DNA of 64,000 nt from Schmidtea polychroa (Eukaryota), in NCBI GenBank assembly GCA_044892525.1, contig CM097885.1:81654001-81718000 (forward strand). Reading direction: 5' to 3'. The notes under the pieces were generated by a model. That model was not told the origin of the DNA and did no database searches. It worked only from the letters and a program-made list of their open reading frames with translations. The position numbers and the translations under genes are program-made. This document shows positions 1 through 14,047 of this stretch, piece after piece; the stretch's first letter is position 1, and each line of letters begins with the position of its first letter.

Positions 1-435
1 GTTAAATAATTTTGTTTTGGTGATTTTATTAAGTAATTTTATTAATGGATACTGAAAATGAATTTGATGTCGTTGCTGCTAACAACAATGGTAAAGGAAT
101 AAGAAAGGAAACCAGAATTTAGTGTAAGCATTGCGAAGTTGGACTTTGTCTAGAGCCGTGTTTTGAAATATACCAAGCCAAGAGAAACTTTTGAATATAA
201 TGTATCAAACTATTTTTTGAAATAAATTTGATAAATTTCTACTTTAAAATATTTACTTTGCCATTTACCAAAAAAAGAAATTAAATCAAATTTGAAAAAA
301 AATATTGGTCAGAGTCAAATAAAATATTATTTGAAATAAATTTAAATAAATTTCTTTTTAAAAATATTTAGTTTAACATTTACAAACAAAAAAATACATT
401 TTTAATCAAATTTGAAAAAAACCGCGGTCAGAAGG
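1..435 (+). mobile_element. piggyBac 3' end relic (Cys-rich C-terminus of transposase plus right terminus)
   Basis: 102-194 translates to RKETRI*CKHCEVGLCLEPCFEIYQ, the piggyBac C-terminal Cys-rich motif with an internal stop. The sequence ends ...GGTCAGAAGG followed by TTAA (436-439). A ~120-bp subterminal duplication is present (about 205-313 vs 314-433). Confidence 0.7.
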
Positions 436-554
436 TTAAGTTATTACTTTAATTTACTTAAATTTACTTAATTTTTAATTATTACCTTAGTTTTACAGTG
501 GACGGCGATTTTTCAAAATATCTAACCATAAATTCATGTACTTGTAACCAAAAA

Positions 555-850
555 AAAATACTTAGGCTTTTTTAACGAGAGCAGGAATTCACGTACAAAA
601 GATTTTACAGACCTTAAAATACTTTGGTTCTTTATAACGAGAGCCTAAATCTAATACAAAAATTCCGGGACTTTAAAATACTTAGGCTTTTTTAAACGAG
701 AGCTGGATTTCGTGTATAAAATATCTTAGGACCTAAAACACCTCACTATAGTGTAATTTTGAAAATATACCCTGCATCCTACTGCCATATAGGCTTTTTA
801 ACGACAGCTGAATTTCGTGAACAAAATATCTTGGGACTTTAAAATACTTT
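555..850. repeat. Degenerate ~60-bp tandem repeat (about 4 copies)
   Basis: Recurring AAAATACTTAGGCTTTTTTAACGAGAGC...GGAC(C/T)TTAAAA units near 555, 616, 676 and 790. Confidence 0.6.
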
Positions 851-1750
851 TAAATGAGAAAAATATTTAGTTATTTCATTGAAAATTTATTTTATCCTTT
901 TTTAGTTAGAAAAAACTTAATAAAAAAAGTTTAAAATTAAATTTAAAAATTTTTTAAAAATTTCTTTTTAAACCCCTCAAAAAAAAATGCGGGGAAGTCT
1001 TCCAAAAATTATTTTCAAACCAAATATATCATGGGTCATACTTCTACTTTCCCTCTACTAAACCTCGAATAAAACAACTGTGCACTTACTTTGAGCAGCC
1101 AGACCTCATCGATCATTTTATTACACAAGAAGGTTTATGTTTCAAAATATTAAAATTAATATAAAAAATCCAATGTTTTTTATACTGTTTTAATATAAAA
1201 AACCTAAAATCTATATATCATTGAAAAGAAAAAACGAATATATATTATCCAATGTATTATCATATAAATTGAAAAATATATTCAAATTTAAAATTTTTAA
1301 GGACTTAAAAAAATTTTAAAAAATATTTCTAATATTTCTATATTTCTAAAGTAAATTAATAAAAGAATATTAGTCATTATTATTATTATTAGTCATGTCT
1401 TTGTTAATCATACACTTAATAATCAAACAATTTTTATTAAAATCAAAAACAAAATCTGGTTAATTTATTGATAATAATATTTGATTATACAAATCTCATA
1501 GAAATTTAGCATTCACATGTATCGCAATATCTTTGTTAAACATCTACGCAATTACCAATCATATTTATGCACGGGTACTTTTGTAGGGAATTTGCATAAT
1601 GGATTAATCAATAAGATCAAATCAATATTATCAAATATTATCAAATATTATCAAATCAACATTATCAATAGTTTAATCTTTCGTATCTTGTAGGGATAAG
1701 ATAATTGAAAAAAATCCCATCTTTTATTTGAATAAAATATCAATTCAATC

Positions 1751-2232
1751 CAGCGGTGGGGAACCTGCGGCTTCCCGGGGCTTCATGTGCGGCCTCCGAA
1801 GCCTTATCGAAATGAATCTTAATTTATATAAAAAACCTTGAATTTTGAGGATTTACAAATAAAAATACTCGTAACTACTGAACTGTATATATACCGTAGT
1901 GTACAAGCCTCCAGCCGAGTACACAGAACGAAATATTAAAGTCAATCATTCACACCCATAAATACAAAACGTATGTAGAAGAATAAATAAGATTATTGAG
2001 CACGCACTCATTTGTGAAATGATGACATATTTGCATCAATTTTTCGATTCAGAAATAATAAACATTTTCCAGAATATTTCGTACAGCTGCATTTTTCAAA
2101 TCTGGAGACTGATTATAAACAAAAGATTTAAAATGAAATTAATTAATGTTAAAATACTTTTTGACTGCGGCCCCGTTTGGAGGCGACAAATTTCAATGTG
2201 GCCTATGGAAATAAAAAGATTACCCATCCCTG
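1751..2232 (+). mobile_element. Non-autonomous hAT element (MITE)
   Basis: Termini CAGCGGTGGG / CCCATCCCTG; 8-bp flanks ATTCAATC and ATCCAATC (7/8 TSD match). Confidence 0.75.
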
Positions 2233-3458
2233 ATCCAATCCAATGAATATCAATTTCAACTGATATTTTGCTCTCGTTTTGAATCGGAAATGAAGTGGTC
2301 ACTTATCACTGTGTTGCCTTCACATATATCAAGCAGATTTTAAAGAGATCTCTTACAATAAACATTTTTTCCAAAGATCTGTCGAAGTAATTGTTTTAAT
2401 AATTATTTACTATTAATATTATTTAATATTATTAAATTTATAATTTTCTAAATATACTTTTAATATTTAGTTAGTAATAAAATTTAAATAACAATAAAAA
2501 ATGACACATATTTATTACATTTACCATATTCGTATTTTGTATAATAAATTATTTCAAGGAAATGGTTTTCATCCTTACTCAGTCATCCTAATCCAGGCTT
2601 GATCTGATCAAGACACTTTATAGTAGTAGATAGTAATGTACACTCCAGATCATATAGGAATCCTTGACTGTCATTAATTTTTTTGGTCGAATGAGGGGCT
2701 TATTTTATTCTAAACCCCAATAATTTTTTAAAATTTTGTTTTAATCAGTGATTACATTATATTTAAATTTTGTTTTAATTGTTGGTTACGTAACATTCAA
2801 AATTTTGTTTAATCGTTACTTACTTAATATTTTTCATTTGATTTTTATCGATGATTATGTAATATTTTAATTTTAGATTTTATCGTTGATTGCATAATAT
2901 TTTTTAAAATTGTTTAAATCGATGACGATGTTATGAACTTTAATTTTTTATAAGTCCTTCAAAGACTCAATTGATTGAAATTAAATTCTCAATTTAATGA
3001 AACTATGACGTAATCAAAGTCTTTGAAATTTCATTTTTAGTGCACTATTTTTGAATTTTCACATCATTTTAAAGAACTTAAGATAGTTTCATTCAAACAA
3101 TGTAAAGATAAAATTTATTCCTCAACATAATGATATCATTATTTATTTGAAATTCACACTCATAACACTTTAAATTTAACTTGCACAAATTTGTTACAAC
3201 CAGCGCCGTTGTTACAACCCTGCGCAGAAAATTTATTAGGGTCTCTATATGTTTTGGGAAAAAGTAATTATAGTTCAAATAAATATCATATAAAAAATTT
3301 ATTGTACACAAAAATATATTACAATATTTATATTATAAAATTATTTAATTTTTATTTGAGCAGAGTCAATAATTATATCGTCATAATTAATATCCTTTGC
3401 GATGTTATACTCAATAGATATTATGGCAAGATTGGATAATCTATCTTGTCATATAGTC

Positions 3459-3898
3459 GCAGTCAAAAAGTATTTTAACATTAATTAATTTCATTTTAAA
3501 TCTTTTGTTTATATACAGTTAGTAATTAAAACAATGTTTATAATCAGTCTCCAGATTTGAAAAATGCAGCTGTACGAAATATTCTGGAAAATTTTTATTA
3601 TTTCTGAATCGAAAAATTGATGCAAATAAGTCATCATTTCACAAATAAGTGCGTGCTCAATAATCTTATTTATTCGTCTTCTTACGTTTTGTATTTATGG
3701 GTGTGAATGATTGACTTTTATATTTCGTGCTTTGTACTCGGCGGGATGCTTGTACAATATATACAGTTCAGTAGTTACGAGTATTTTTATTTGTAAATCC
3801 TCAAAATTCAAGGTTTTTTATATAAATTAAGATTCATTTCGATAAGGCTCCGGAGGCCGCACATAAAGCTCCGGGAAGCCGCAGGTTCCCCACCCCTG
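3459..3898 (-). mobile_element. Second, inverted and truncated copy of the 1751-2232 hAT MITE
   Basis: Reverse complement of about 1751-2168; starts CAGGGGTGGGGAACCTGCGGC on the minus strand; the other terminus is missing. Confidence 0.75.
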
Positions 3899-3899
3899 C

Positions 3900-4591
3900 T
3901 TTACACCATGTTTGAAAAGTCAATTTATAAATTTATTTGTAATAACTGGCCAAGAATGAGGATCATTGTAATTTATAGTAACAGATGAGAAATTTATTTC
4001 ATTTTCATTGACTTGTATAGTTATTGTACTCTGATCTGAAGTAATACTATCACTACTAATACAGTCCGAGTCCAATTGTTGTACGACAACATCATCTTGT
4101 AAACTGGAACTGGCTTTATTAGAAGACTCTCCGACTTATGGTGTATCTTTTCTCAGCCATTTTACAAGATTTTGCGACATTAATTTATTTTCTTCAAGTT
4201 TTTGCTTCTTAATTTTTTTTTCAAAGCCTGACAATGGTTTTGACATTATTGAGTTATGGAAATGTAAAAATAAATTATTTTATTATTTATTTAAAAATAC
4301 TTTGGTTTGATAGCAAAAGATAACCGTTGTTACAGATTCATGCAAATTGCATAAATTTTAGAGTTAATTAAAAGACACAAACATTATTGTTAAATATTTA
4401 AATACTATTGTTATTCAATACAATTATTCTGTGTCTTACTGAGAATACAAATTGTCTTTTAAAATCTTGAATAGCAATTTTTGTAAAAAATATTTGTATG
4501 AATAATTCAATTAACAATTTCGTTTGAGGGCCCATTCAATCTCTGGTCCCTGTGCCAGTGCACCTGTTGCACCTGTCTAGTTACGGGACTG
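3900..4591 (-). pseudogene. 5' relic of a hAT (ZMYM1/ZBED-like) transposase gene with left terminus
   Basis: Minus strand reads MSKPLSGFEKKIKKQKLEE...*...NYNDPHSWPVITNKFIN*LFKHG (DPxxWP N-terminal motif, in-frame stops). Terminus CAGTCCCGTAACTAG at 4591; interrupted by the MITE copy at 3898. Confidence 0.5.
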
Positions 4592-4703
4592 GTTACAACT
4601 GTCTCTTCTTAACATGTATATTTATATTTATCAATGTATTATTGTAAATTTTTATGAATTTCTCAAAATATGAAAACACTATTCCTCCAAGAATTTGGAA
4701 TGT

Positions 4704-4705
<2 letters not shown>

Positions 4706-4762
<57 letters not shown>
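4706..4762. repeat. (TA)n microsatellite
   Basis: Direct inspection. Confidence 0.95.
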
Positions 4763-4766
<4 letters not shown>

Positions 4767-4806
4767 TGGATCGAATTCGAAGTGACTCACTCAAATTCTT
4801 ATAGTA

Positions 4807-7136
4807 CAGGTAGTCCTCGACTTACGACCGAGATAGGGACCCGAGCAACGGTCGTATGTTGAGTTGGTCGTAAGTCGAGTTCATATAAAAAAAATAAATA
4901 AAAAAAGAACAAAAATACAAACGGATTATTAGAAGCAAAATACAAATTCATAGTTCAGTCTTTATTTAAAATTATAATAAAAAGCCATGAATACATTTAT
5001 ATTAAATAAATTAAATTAAAATTACATGTTTACTTGTCATCGTCATCCGAACTTAACACATTAATATAATGCATTGAGTTATCTTGAACAACTGCACCTT
5101 CAGTGGCAGTTTTTAAAAAAACCTGTCTAATGTTGTTTGCACACTTTGAACTTTCATTTCGCTATAAATTGCATAATAACATGCCATATTTTCCTCAATA
5201 AGCTTATTTACTTTTGTAAATCTTTCCTCATTAGCATCCATTTCTTCCAATTTTTGTATTCCCTGATGAATTTGGTGAAAAGCTGCAGCCATTTCTTTTG
5301 CCGAAAAATTTTTTTGTGGCATTTCTTCCTCGTCTGATTTGCTTTCATCCGCAACACATTGTGCTACAAGATTCAATAAATCTTCATTCGTTAGATTATC
5401 TACATGGTATTCAATAAGTTGGTTAATATCTGCATTGTCAACATCAAGATTAAGTTGCTGACCAAGCTCTACGATCTGAGCGGTAATTTTTTCAATGTCA
5501 ATTTCGCTTTCAATTGTCGAACTAACATTCTCTTGAAGTCGCTTTGTTAGATTTTTCCATATTCCACTCATACAAGAAGGTCTGACCTCTTGCCATCCAC
5601 CTGCTGTTTTTAATTGCTTGAAGCATATTATATTTCGACCAAAATTCTGTTAGAGTGATCTCATTTTCAAGTGCTTTAATTGCTTGACTAAATGTGATTT
5701 TCAAATAGTGAGCCTTAAATGTGGCAATAGCTCCCTGATCCATTGGCTGTAAAATACTGGTGGTATTTGGGGGTAAATACATAATTTTTATGTTCGGCGA
5801 GAGATCGCCAAGATATGGTGGGTGTCCAGGTGCATTATCCAGTAATAAGAGGATTTTAAAAGCAATGCCCCGTCGATTACAATATTCTTTTACTTCAGGC
5901 GCAAATACCTTCATAAACCAGTCCTCAAAAAGTAATTGCGTCATCCAAGCATTTTTATTTGTGCGGTAATGTACTGGTAACATATTGATATCCACTCCTT
6001 TAAATGCTCTTGGTTTTCTTGATCGATGTATTACAAGAGGTTTCAATTTATACCCAGCAATATTTCCGCCCAATAAAGTTGTGATGCGATCTTTATGTGC
6101 CTTAAAACCTGGCATACGGTTTGCTTCCTTATGAATGTACGTACGATCAAGCATTTTCTTCCAATAAAGCGCGGTTTCATCAACATTAAAAATTTGTTCG
6201 TTGGTATAATTTTCTTCTTTAAGGAAATCATCGAATTTAGCTACAAAATCCTCAGCAGCTTTATTATCAGCACTGCCTGCCTCTCCAGAGATTTTTACAT
6301 TTTGTAAATTCGCTCGTTTCCTAAATTTTTGAAACCAGCCGTTACTTGCAATGAATGCCTGATCATGGCCTTCCCCTCCCTTTAATTTCAACATTTCAAA
6401 AAGACTTAGAGCTTTAGTTTTGATAATTGCGAGGCTAAGAGGAATTTGTTTTATGATCAAATCCTCTATCCAAATCACCAACAACTTTTCCATTTCATGC
6501 ATGGCCCCTTGCCTTTTTTTGGTTATAACTGTAGATTGCATACATGCTGATTCTCGAACTGCTTTTAAAATTCGATCTTTATCTTTTAAAATTGTTGAGA
6601 TTGTTGAATGGGATAGTTTAAAGGCATGCGCTATGTCTTTCACCTTTTTACCACTATCATGCTCTTTAATTAACTTATGTTTCATTTCTAAATCTATAGC
6701 ACTTCTCTTATTTTTTCTACTTCTATTATTCACAGACATTTTTGGGATAAAAAAATTATTCACTTTTAAAAAATTAAAATGGCTAACTCAATTGGGCCTT
6801 TTTTAGCCTTTAAATTTTTGATATGACAGATAAATATATGCTGTCGTTTTGTTTTTAAATTAGTTGTAGCTAAACAATTTAAAAGTGCTGAATATTTTTT
6901 AAGGCTTGCTAATTTAATTTTTTACTAATTCTAAATTTGTTTTTGTTGTTAAAAACTAAAATAGTAGGTAACTTATAAAATTAATAGTGTTTAATTAAGG
7001 AAAATTAATTGGTTTAATTTTTTAGTTCGGTTCGAAACAAAAATCAGGCCCATTGGGAAAAATAATTTTAGGAAATAATTTTGGTCGTAAGTCCGAACCG
7101 TCGTAAGTCGAGCCGTCGTAAGTCGAGGACAACCTG
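4807..7136 (-). mobile_element. Tigger/pogo-family DNA transposon, full length (2,330 bp)
   Basis: TIRs CAGGTAGTCCTCGACTTACGAC / GTCGTAAGTCGAGGACAACCTG (1 mismatch), TA on both flanks, subterminal GTCGTAAGTC repeats, internal transposase. Confidence 0.93.
5113..6739 (-). pseudogene. Tigger/pogo transposase (HTH + CENP-B HTH + DDE), one frameshift near 5610
   Basis: ASNGWFQKF, NVDETALYWK, LLLDNAPGHP, PPNTTSILQPMDQG; the reading frame continues as GWQEVRPSCMSGIWKNL in the 5113-5571 frame. First ATG at 6739. Confidence 0.88.
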
Positions 7137-8642
7137 TACTGATTAAATAATGAATTCCATAAATATTATGAATCAACAACATACATTCACATAATCATTT
7201 ATTAAATTGTTAATAATTTACCCTAAATAAGCACTAATAAGCATTTTATTATATATTGTATATGAATATCCTTTAAAATCTAATCCGAATCTTAGCTAAT
7301 GCCGTAATCTTTTCAATAGAATATATTTTTCCTTTTTTTATTTTGTTGGTCACTGCCATTTTAAATAAAAAATATTTTCCAAATTGAAATAAAATATTCA
7401 AAAGGTCAACATGAAACAACAATTGAAAATCTTTATATTAGTTGAACCACAAAATTTGTTATACAATTATCATTGCCATTATCCCATTACTTTTTTCCGT
7501 ATGTAATATTCAGAATAGGCTATGCTGGCAGATTGGGTATGAGGATCTGGTCTATGAATATATTTCATTTGTTTCTCGTTTATCTACAAATATAAGGTAT
7601 GAAATAATTAATTTAATTTTAGAATTAGCCAGCCTACCAAGTCCTGCGAATCAGAGGTTGGTGTGACCTCCCCTAGTACGTGCTTATTCAAAAACCCGAG
7701 GTCAATTTCAATTATTCATCTACTACAATGCTGAGCATGGAAGCTTGATCAAGCAAATATGTGCTAACGCCGATCATATATGAGTAACCACATAAACAAT
7801 TTGTTTACAATGATTATTCATACATTATTTGAAATTGGATGAATAAATAATTAAAAAAACATATTACATTGGTTAAGCNNNNNNNNNNNNNNNNNNNNNN
7901 NNNNNNNNNNNNNNNNNNNNNNNNNNNNNNNNNNNNNNNNNNNNNNNNNNNNNNNNNNNNNNNNNNNNNNNNNNNNNNNNNNNNNNNNNNNNNNNNNNNN
8001 NNNNNNNNNNNNNNNNNNNNNNNNNNNNNNNNNNNNNNNNNNNNCCATTATAATACTATGTTTACTATTATACAAATACATAGTAAAAATAGAGTTTCCC
8101 CGAAAAATTTAAGTTTCCATTTCAGTGATTGAAAGTCAATTATATTTGGTAAAGGTTTTTATCTTCTTCAACACAAAATATTATAATTATAAAATCTTAT
8201 AAACCTATACAAGACAGACACTAAAATGAGAATCATCGAAAGTAAAATTTTAATTAGGAATTTCAAGGTTTTGACATATTTGAGAATAATAAAATAAATA
8301 TTGTCTAAAGAAGTATAAAAAATTTAGAAATTAGAGAAATTGTAAGATAAGTAGAGGTCTTGTTGGTTGGGCAATGCTAACGAAATATAAAAAGTATTCA
8401 ACAGTTACATGATTTATACAACATTATTGCTAAACATGGGACCTCTTTACCTTAGCTATTGAAACTTAGCAAAATTCTCCAAGTAGCTAAGATTGAATTT
8501 AATGGAAACTGCATACGATTGCTTATATTATTACAAGATATTAGAAAACCACCAATGTCTCAGAAAATACCCAAAGATTCCTTGTTTTACACGGGCGTTG
8601 GGTTATTAGGAAATTTTCGGTAAATATTCCTTAGACATCATG

Positions 8643-8643
<1 letters not shown>

Positions 8644-8698
<55 letters not shown>
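8644..8698. repeat. (TA)n microsatellite
   Basis: Direct inspection. Confidence 0.95.
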
Positions 8699-8700
<2 letters not shown>

Positions 8701-10859
8701 TATACATATACAATCGCTTACTTACTTTTATAAAATATATATTTGACCACATTAACAGTTCTTTGCTTTTCTTATAGAGTTTTCGCTGTCCAAATGAATT
8801 ACCAAAATAAATAAAATACAAACATCCACAACAACCTCAGAATAAAATATACACAGAAAAACAAAAATTATGGACACAATAATTTATTTCGGTCATTTTT
8901 ATATGCAATTTAAGAATTTTCAATCGTTTTATCATATCCTACCTTTTTATAGTAGTAAAGTAGTAGAGGAGCAATTAGAGACTATGAAAGTTACAATTTA
9001 TTTAAAAAATTCCAATTTAAAACTTTTTTAGAAATTTGGAAAATAATGACAGATTTTCAGAAATTATGGAAAATGTAGACGAAAACCATTGAAAAGCAGA
9101 AGTTATAATTGGAATTATTAATTTTAAAGTTATTTTTTTTAGGTATTCATACATTGATACAAAATGATTGATCAAAGCTACAGAACGAGTAGAAAATTAC
9201 TACAATCACAACAAATCCTTTTCAAAAGTATTAGTGAATATTATGTGTATTTTTTCGAGATTTGTATTGCGTGTGTACTTGAACCGCGGAGAAAATCTGT
9301 AGAACCCAGCAGCGTCACCTTTAAAAAGAAACTGTCTCGGGATAGGTTGTAGGTTATTATCAATGAAATTACAATGATAATAAATATTAACAATAATAAT
9401 AAAATAATTTTTATTAAATTAAAAAAACCTTAGTATTTTTAGTGCTTATTCCAAGTGCTTCAATTTCGTTTAGGAAAACAATCGTCCTTGTACAGGCATT
9501 CTTGATGCAAAAAATGATTTACATATAAAGTTGATTGCAATTTTCATTTTTCTTGATTAATTTGTTTTCTTTTTAATTTTTATTCGATTTCCTAATTCTT
9601 TATAGTAATAATTTACTATAGAGAATTGAACAATATAGTTTTTTTTATTTACCAATGTACGTAGTAATAATAAAAACGACAATACGCCATAAATTTTAAT
9701 CACAATTTCATGGAAAATAATAATTATAAAAATAACAACACACTGCAGTGAACAAAAGCATTTTAAGAGACATTGAAAAATCTTTATTTAAATAAAAAAT
9801 TAATAAATCTTTGCTTTTAGAAAATAAATCATAAATAACCTGAAATTCCTAATAATAATTTTTATTACCATATAAGGGTATTTATTCACTTATACAGGAA
9901 AGATATAATTTAGTTAAAATTTTGAATTAGATGATTATTATAGAAATACATAAACAAACAACACAGTTTAATAATTAAAACCATTTATATAAAAAATTCT
10001 TTTTTATTATTTTCTCTCATCATTTCCTTGTTAATCATCTTTTCAATTTGGAATAATTCTTTGCCAGTTTTCGGTAAAACATAAAATTTTCCTTTTTTTA
10101 AAATTCAGTTTTAAAGACTAAATGTAGTAGAATGTTGTATTTTTATTGTTTTTATTAGCGTAGTAGAATGTTATATTTTTATTGTTTTTATGAGTTAAAA
10201 CAAAACATCAATTAGGTTTTTCTTATTACTATCATTTTGTTCCCGAAATGTTAGGGAAATGAAATGTTTAAAAAACTATATAGCGATAATTTACTAATCG
10301 ACTAAAAAAATTAAAAAATTAAAAAGATCTATAAAGAAAATTCTAAAGATATAATTACGGAAATTTGATATTTTGAATAATCGAAAGAATAGTTAAGAAA
10401 CAAGAAGACAGAGAAAGCAATTTCGATTCCAATTTGAAAAATTTACTGATTAAACAACAAACGATCTAGACATTCAAAGTTTAATCCAAATCCAACGAAA
10501 CAATCCTATACGCTCTTAATTGTAATCAACCAATCTCAAACCAAATATACTAAATTCTCGATTAAACAACAAACGATCTAGATATCCGAAGTCTAATCTA
10601 AGTTTAACAATGTCCCAATTAAATAAGGTCTTATAATATTTTTTGTTAGTTAAACTTTGTTGTTGTTTTATCTTTGTTTTGATATTATTATCATCCAATA
10701 CATAAGCAATACATACAGGCATCCCGACTGTCCCTCCACATATTTTTACAGGAGACGCCCTCGGGCTCTACATATCTTCTAAATATAAATTAATAAGAAA
10801 ATAGTAACCAACATATTATAGCAACTAACTATAACACTAAACAGTATTGTTTTAATCGA

Positions 10860-11380
10860 ATGCCATTTGGAATACCGGAAGCTCCAGTGACTTGGCAAAA
10901 ATTATTGAATACAGAAGAACTTACTTGCAATTGCCTACTTGGACGAATACATGAACATTACAAACATTTCAGAGTTGCTGGATTAAAAATTAATCCATCA
11001 AGATGCCAATTTTTTAAAGAAGTAAAATTTAGAAACATCATGTTGATCAAAGAAAAGAAATTGATTTGGATGGATGAATACGAGAAGGCATTTGTCGAAA
11101 AATTAATAAATGCACTTATTTTGATGTTTCCAGATTTCTCAAGGTCATTTATTTTAGATACTGGCGCTAGTTATTACCATGTTGGTTTTATTTTTTTCTC
11201 AAATTGACGATTCTGAGAAAAAAGTGTTGTTGTATATGTATCACACGCTATATCTAAACACGAAGTTGGCTACTGTATAAAAAGGAAAGAACTTCTGGCA
11301 ATTTTATGGTAAAAATTTTACACTTCGTAGTGATCACGAAGCAAAAACTTATATGATGAAAACAAGGAATACCATTAATC
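10860..11380 (+). pseudogene. Highly decayed Ty3/Gypsy pol fragment (RT/RNase H)
   Basis: MPFGIPEAPVTWQKLLN, PDFSRSFILDTGASY, then HEVGYCIKRKELLA and FTLRSDH across frameshifts. Confidence 0.7.
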
Positions 11381-11839
11381 CTCTATTTAAGACTCCCCTT
11401 GAAAGTTTTTATATTTTTTTAAGTCAAATCATTGGGATTCTAATTCTAATTTAATTATATTTGATATATGTATTTCTCAACAGAAATAATAATAATAAAT
11501 AACTCACTTTGGGAAAACATGATTATGTTCTGGGATTCTATGTTCTGGTTGGTTTATCATTCAATTGTGACGTGCCAGACTTGGAGTGATGTGGGGGTTC
11601 ATCTCTTCGAAGGGCACAAAATTGTATGCTTTGCCTGAAACGCCATTTGGACTAGGGTCTGCCATGTGTATAATACAAATTAGAAACATATGCTTACATT
11701 AATAAAAATGTTTAAACTTTAAGAATGAATGTTTGAAATGATTTTGTTTGATGTAAATTGTGAGGTTTGTTTGGGAGTGTCCATTCAACATTATAAGATT
11801 GTTATTGTGTTTATGATTGGATTTCAAATCTTGCTTAGA

Positions 11840-11926
11840 TTGTATTTAGATCTTGCTTATGAATTAAAATGTTACGGATGCAATGCCACATACATAAAAA
11901 TGATTACTCGTTATCTCCGTTCTTAA
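11840..11926 (+). pseudogene. Short Penelope-like GIY-YIG relic
   Basis: KCYGCNATYIKMITRYLRS resembles TCNGCNATYIGETSRLL at 15740. Confidence 0.45.
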
Positions 11927-12755
11927 GTTATTGACCACCGTTAGCTGAAGGAAATTATAAATGTTAGTGAAAAAAATTGTTTGCTTGTATTGACGTATTT
12001 GGAGTAGTAAATATTTATGTAAAGATGATTAATAAACGGTTGTGTATTCTTTATTTTTAGATTGTCTCTGAATCGTGTTGTATACGTCGAGTTCTTGATC
12101 ACTGTCGACCGAAGAAATTGATTATTATTAGTGAACACAATGAGGGATTAAAGAGTAGTGTTTTGGTTTTTTAATATTATAGATGTTATTTTTCCTTGTA
12201 AACAGGTGTATATTATTGTAGCTATTATTATGTTACAATTGAATTTGACAATAAATATTAGCTTGTTGAGTTTTGTTATTTAATAAAGAATACACGGAGT
12301 CAGATTGTGAATTATTTTTCTACTGAAATAATTTTTATTTTCTACTGAAATAAAAATAATATATACTTTAAGAATTCTATATGCACTTTTTAAAAGCAAT
12401 GTTAGGCCTCTTGAAATAAATATATTTAATCAAATTAACGAAGAATTTGTTTCTGGCTCAACCTTTTCTTGGATGTGGCACTAATCCGTATAATAGTCAT
12501 TAAGGAGTATGAGTGTTACCAGATAGATAGTGGAATAAAGGATTCCGCGGAGACATAGGAAAATTGAATGCATTCCGGGATACTTGTTTGTTTCATCAAA
12601 TAGGATTAAGAGAAAATATTCATTATATTTTGATTGGAAAATTCTTAAAGTCCTATCTGGAATTGTTCATTCACATTCAGTATTACAATGCCGATTGGAG
12701 TAAATCTATTTCTAGAACTAATTTGATATCCTATTTCTATTATACTCTTAGTTTA

Positions 12756-12869
12756 ATGGCAACATTTAGCATTTCTGTGATAACTTTCATCATTTTCCTA
12801 CATTCAGTCGTCAATTTGATCTCTGCTGATCCCAATGAATACGGTTATGGACCCCATTTAATGAGTGAA
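12756..12869 (+). CDS. Candidate first coding exon of a secreted host protein (signal peptide)
   Basis: Acceptor CTCTTAG at 12751, then ATG and MATFSISVITFIIFLHSVVNLISA-DPNEYGYGPHLMSE, then a phase-0 donor GTGAGT at 12870. Confidence 0.5.
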
Positions 12870-13924
12870 GTGAGTTTCTTTCCTTGACACTTTCCTTGGG
12901 AAAATATACATTTCATTTCCTTTTCCGGATTAAAATTATATTTATTCCCAATTCATTTTATGAATAACCGGTCAAAAATGTAATTGCAATTTGCTTCATG
13001 TTTCAAAATAATAAAAATTAAAATATTATTTAAAATTTTTTTAAAATTTTGTTTTCAAAGTTTTATTTCCAAATCTTTTAAATCTTTATATGATTATCAT
13101 ATTATTTCCTTTATCCTAATTTGTTTTCAGACTACTGAAATAAATAAATAAAAGAATGTTATCGGTAATTACTAAACAAATAAAAAAAGAAAAATAAAAA
13201 ATAGAAAATATATCAATGATGGAATAGATAAAAAATGTTAGTGTGATAGTAACTCACAGCGATATAATTATTAGATATTTATGGATTCTTGGCGGCAGCA
13301 TAATGTAAATATTAAATATAAAATAGTAAATAATATAGAGTGAACAAAATTAGCATTAAAAATGTTTTTCATTAAATTTCCAGCAAAGGATATTTATATT
13401 TAATATTTTAATTTGTAATAATAATTTGTCAAATTATAAATTTTTATCATCTGGGAATAGGGTCACGGTCATGTTGAAATAACGGAAAATAAAATCTACC
13501 ACAAATTTCGGATAAATTGCTCATACTTAATTTACCCTAAAGGTTTTTGGAAAAATTTAAATTGCATGAAACATTTACTAAGAATTCTTTAAATAAAAAG
13601 CAAACAGATTTTATTGTAATTATATTCTAATGGAAAAACTCGTGTCATTTTCTCATATAATTTTTTNNNNNNNNNNNNNNNNNNNNNNNNNNNNNNNNNN
13701 NNNNNNNNNNNNNNNNNNNNNNNNNNNNNNNNNNNNNNNNNNNNNNNNNNNNNNNNNNNNNNNNNNNNNNNNNNNNNNNNNNNNNNNNNNNNNNNNNNNN
13801 NNNNNNNNNNNNNNNNNNNNNNNNNNNNNNNNNNNNNNNNNNNNNNNNNNNNNNNNNNNNNNNNNNNNNNNNNNNNNNNNNNNNNNNNNNNNNNNNNNNN
13901 NNNNNNNNNNNNNNNNNNNNNNNN

Positions 13925-14047
13925 TAAGCCTTTTGCTGCAAATAATGTATTTAATGAAAGAATTTTCGACTATAAGATAGTCCTTGTCAATCTATCTTAT
14001 AGTCGAAAATTCTTTCATTAAATACATTATTTGCAGCAAAAGGCTTA
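13925..14047. repeat. Perfect inverted repeat, 56-bp arms, 11-nt spacer
   Basis: 13925-13980 is the exact reverse complement of 13992-14047; related to 16056-16160; lies between two N gaps. Confidence 0.85.

Noticed and set aside
7442-11700. Scattered exon-like GC-richer patches (about 7510-7780, 9140-9350, 11500-11665)
   Set aside because: Stops in all frames or implausibly short introns; no coherent protein.
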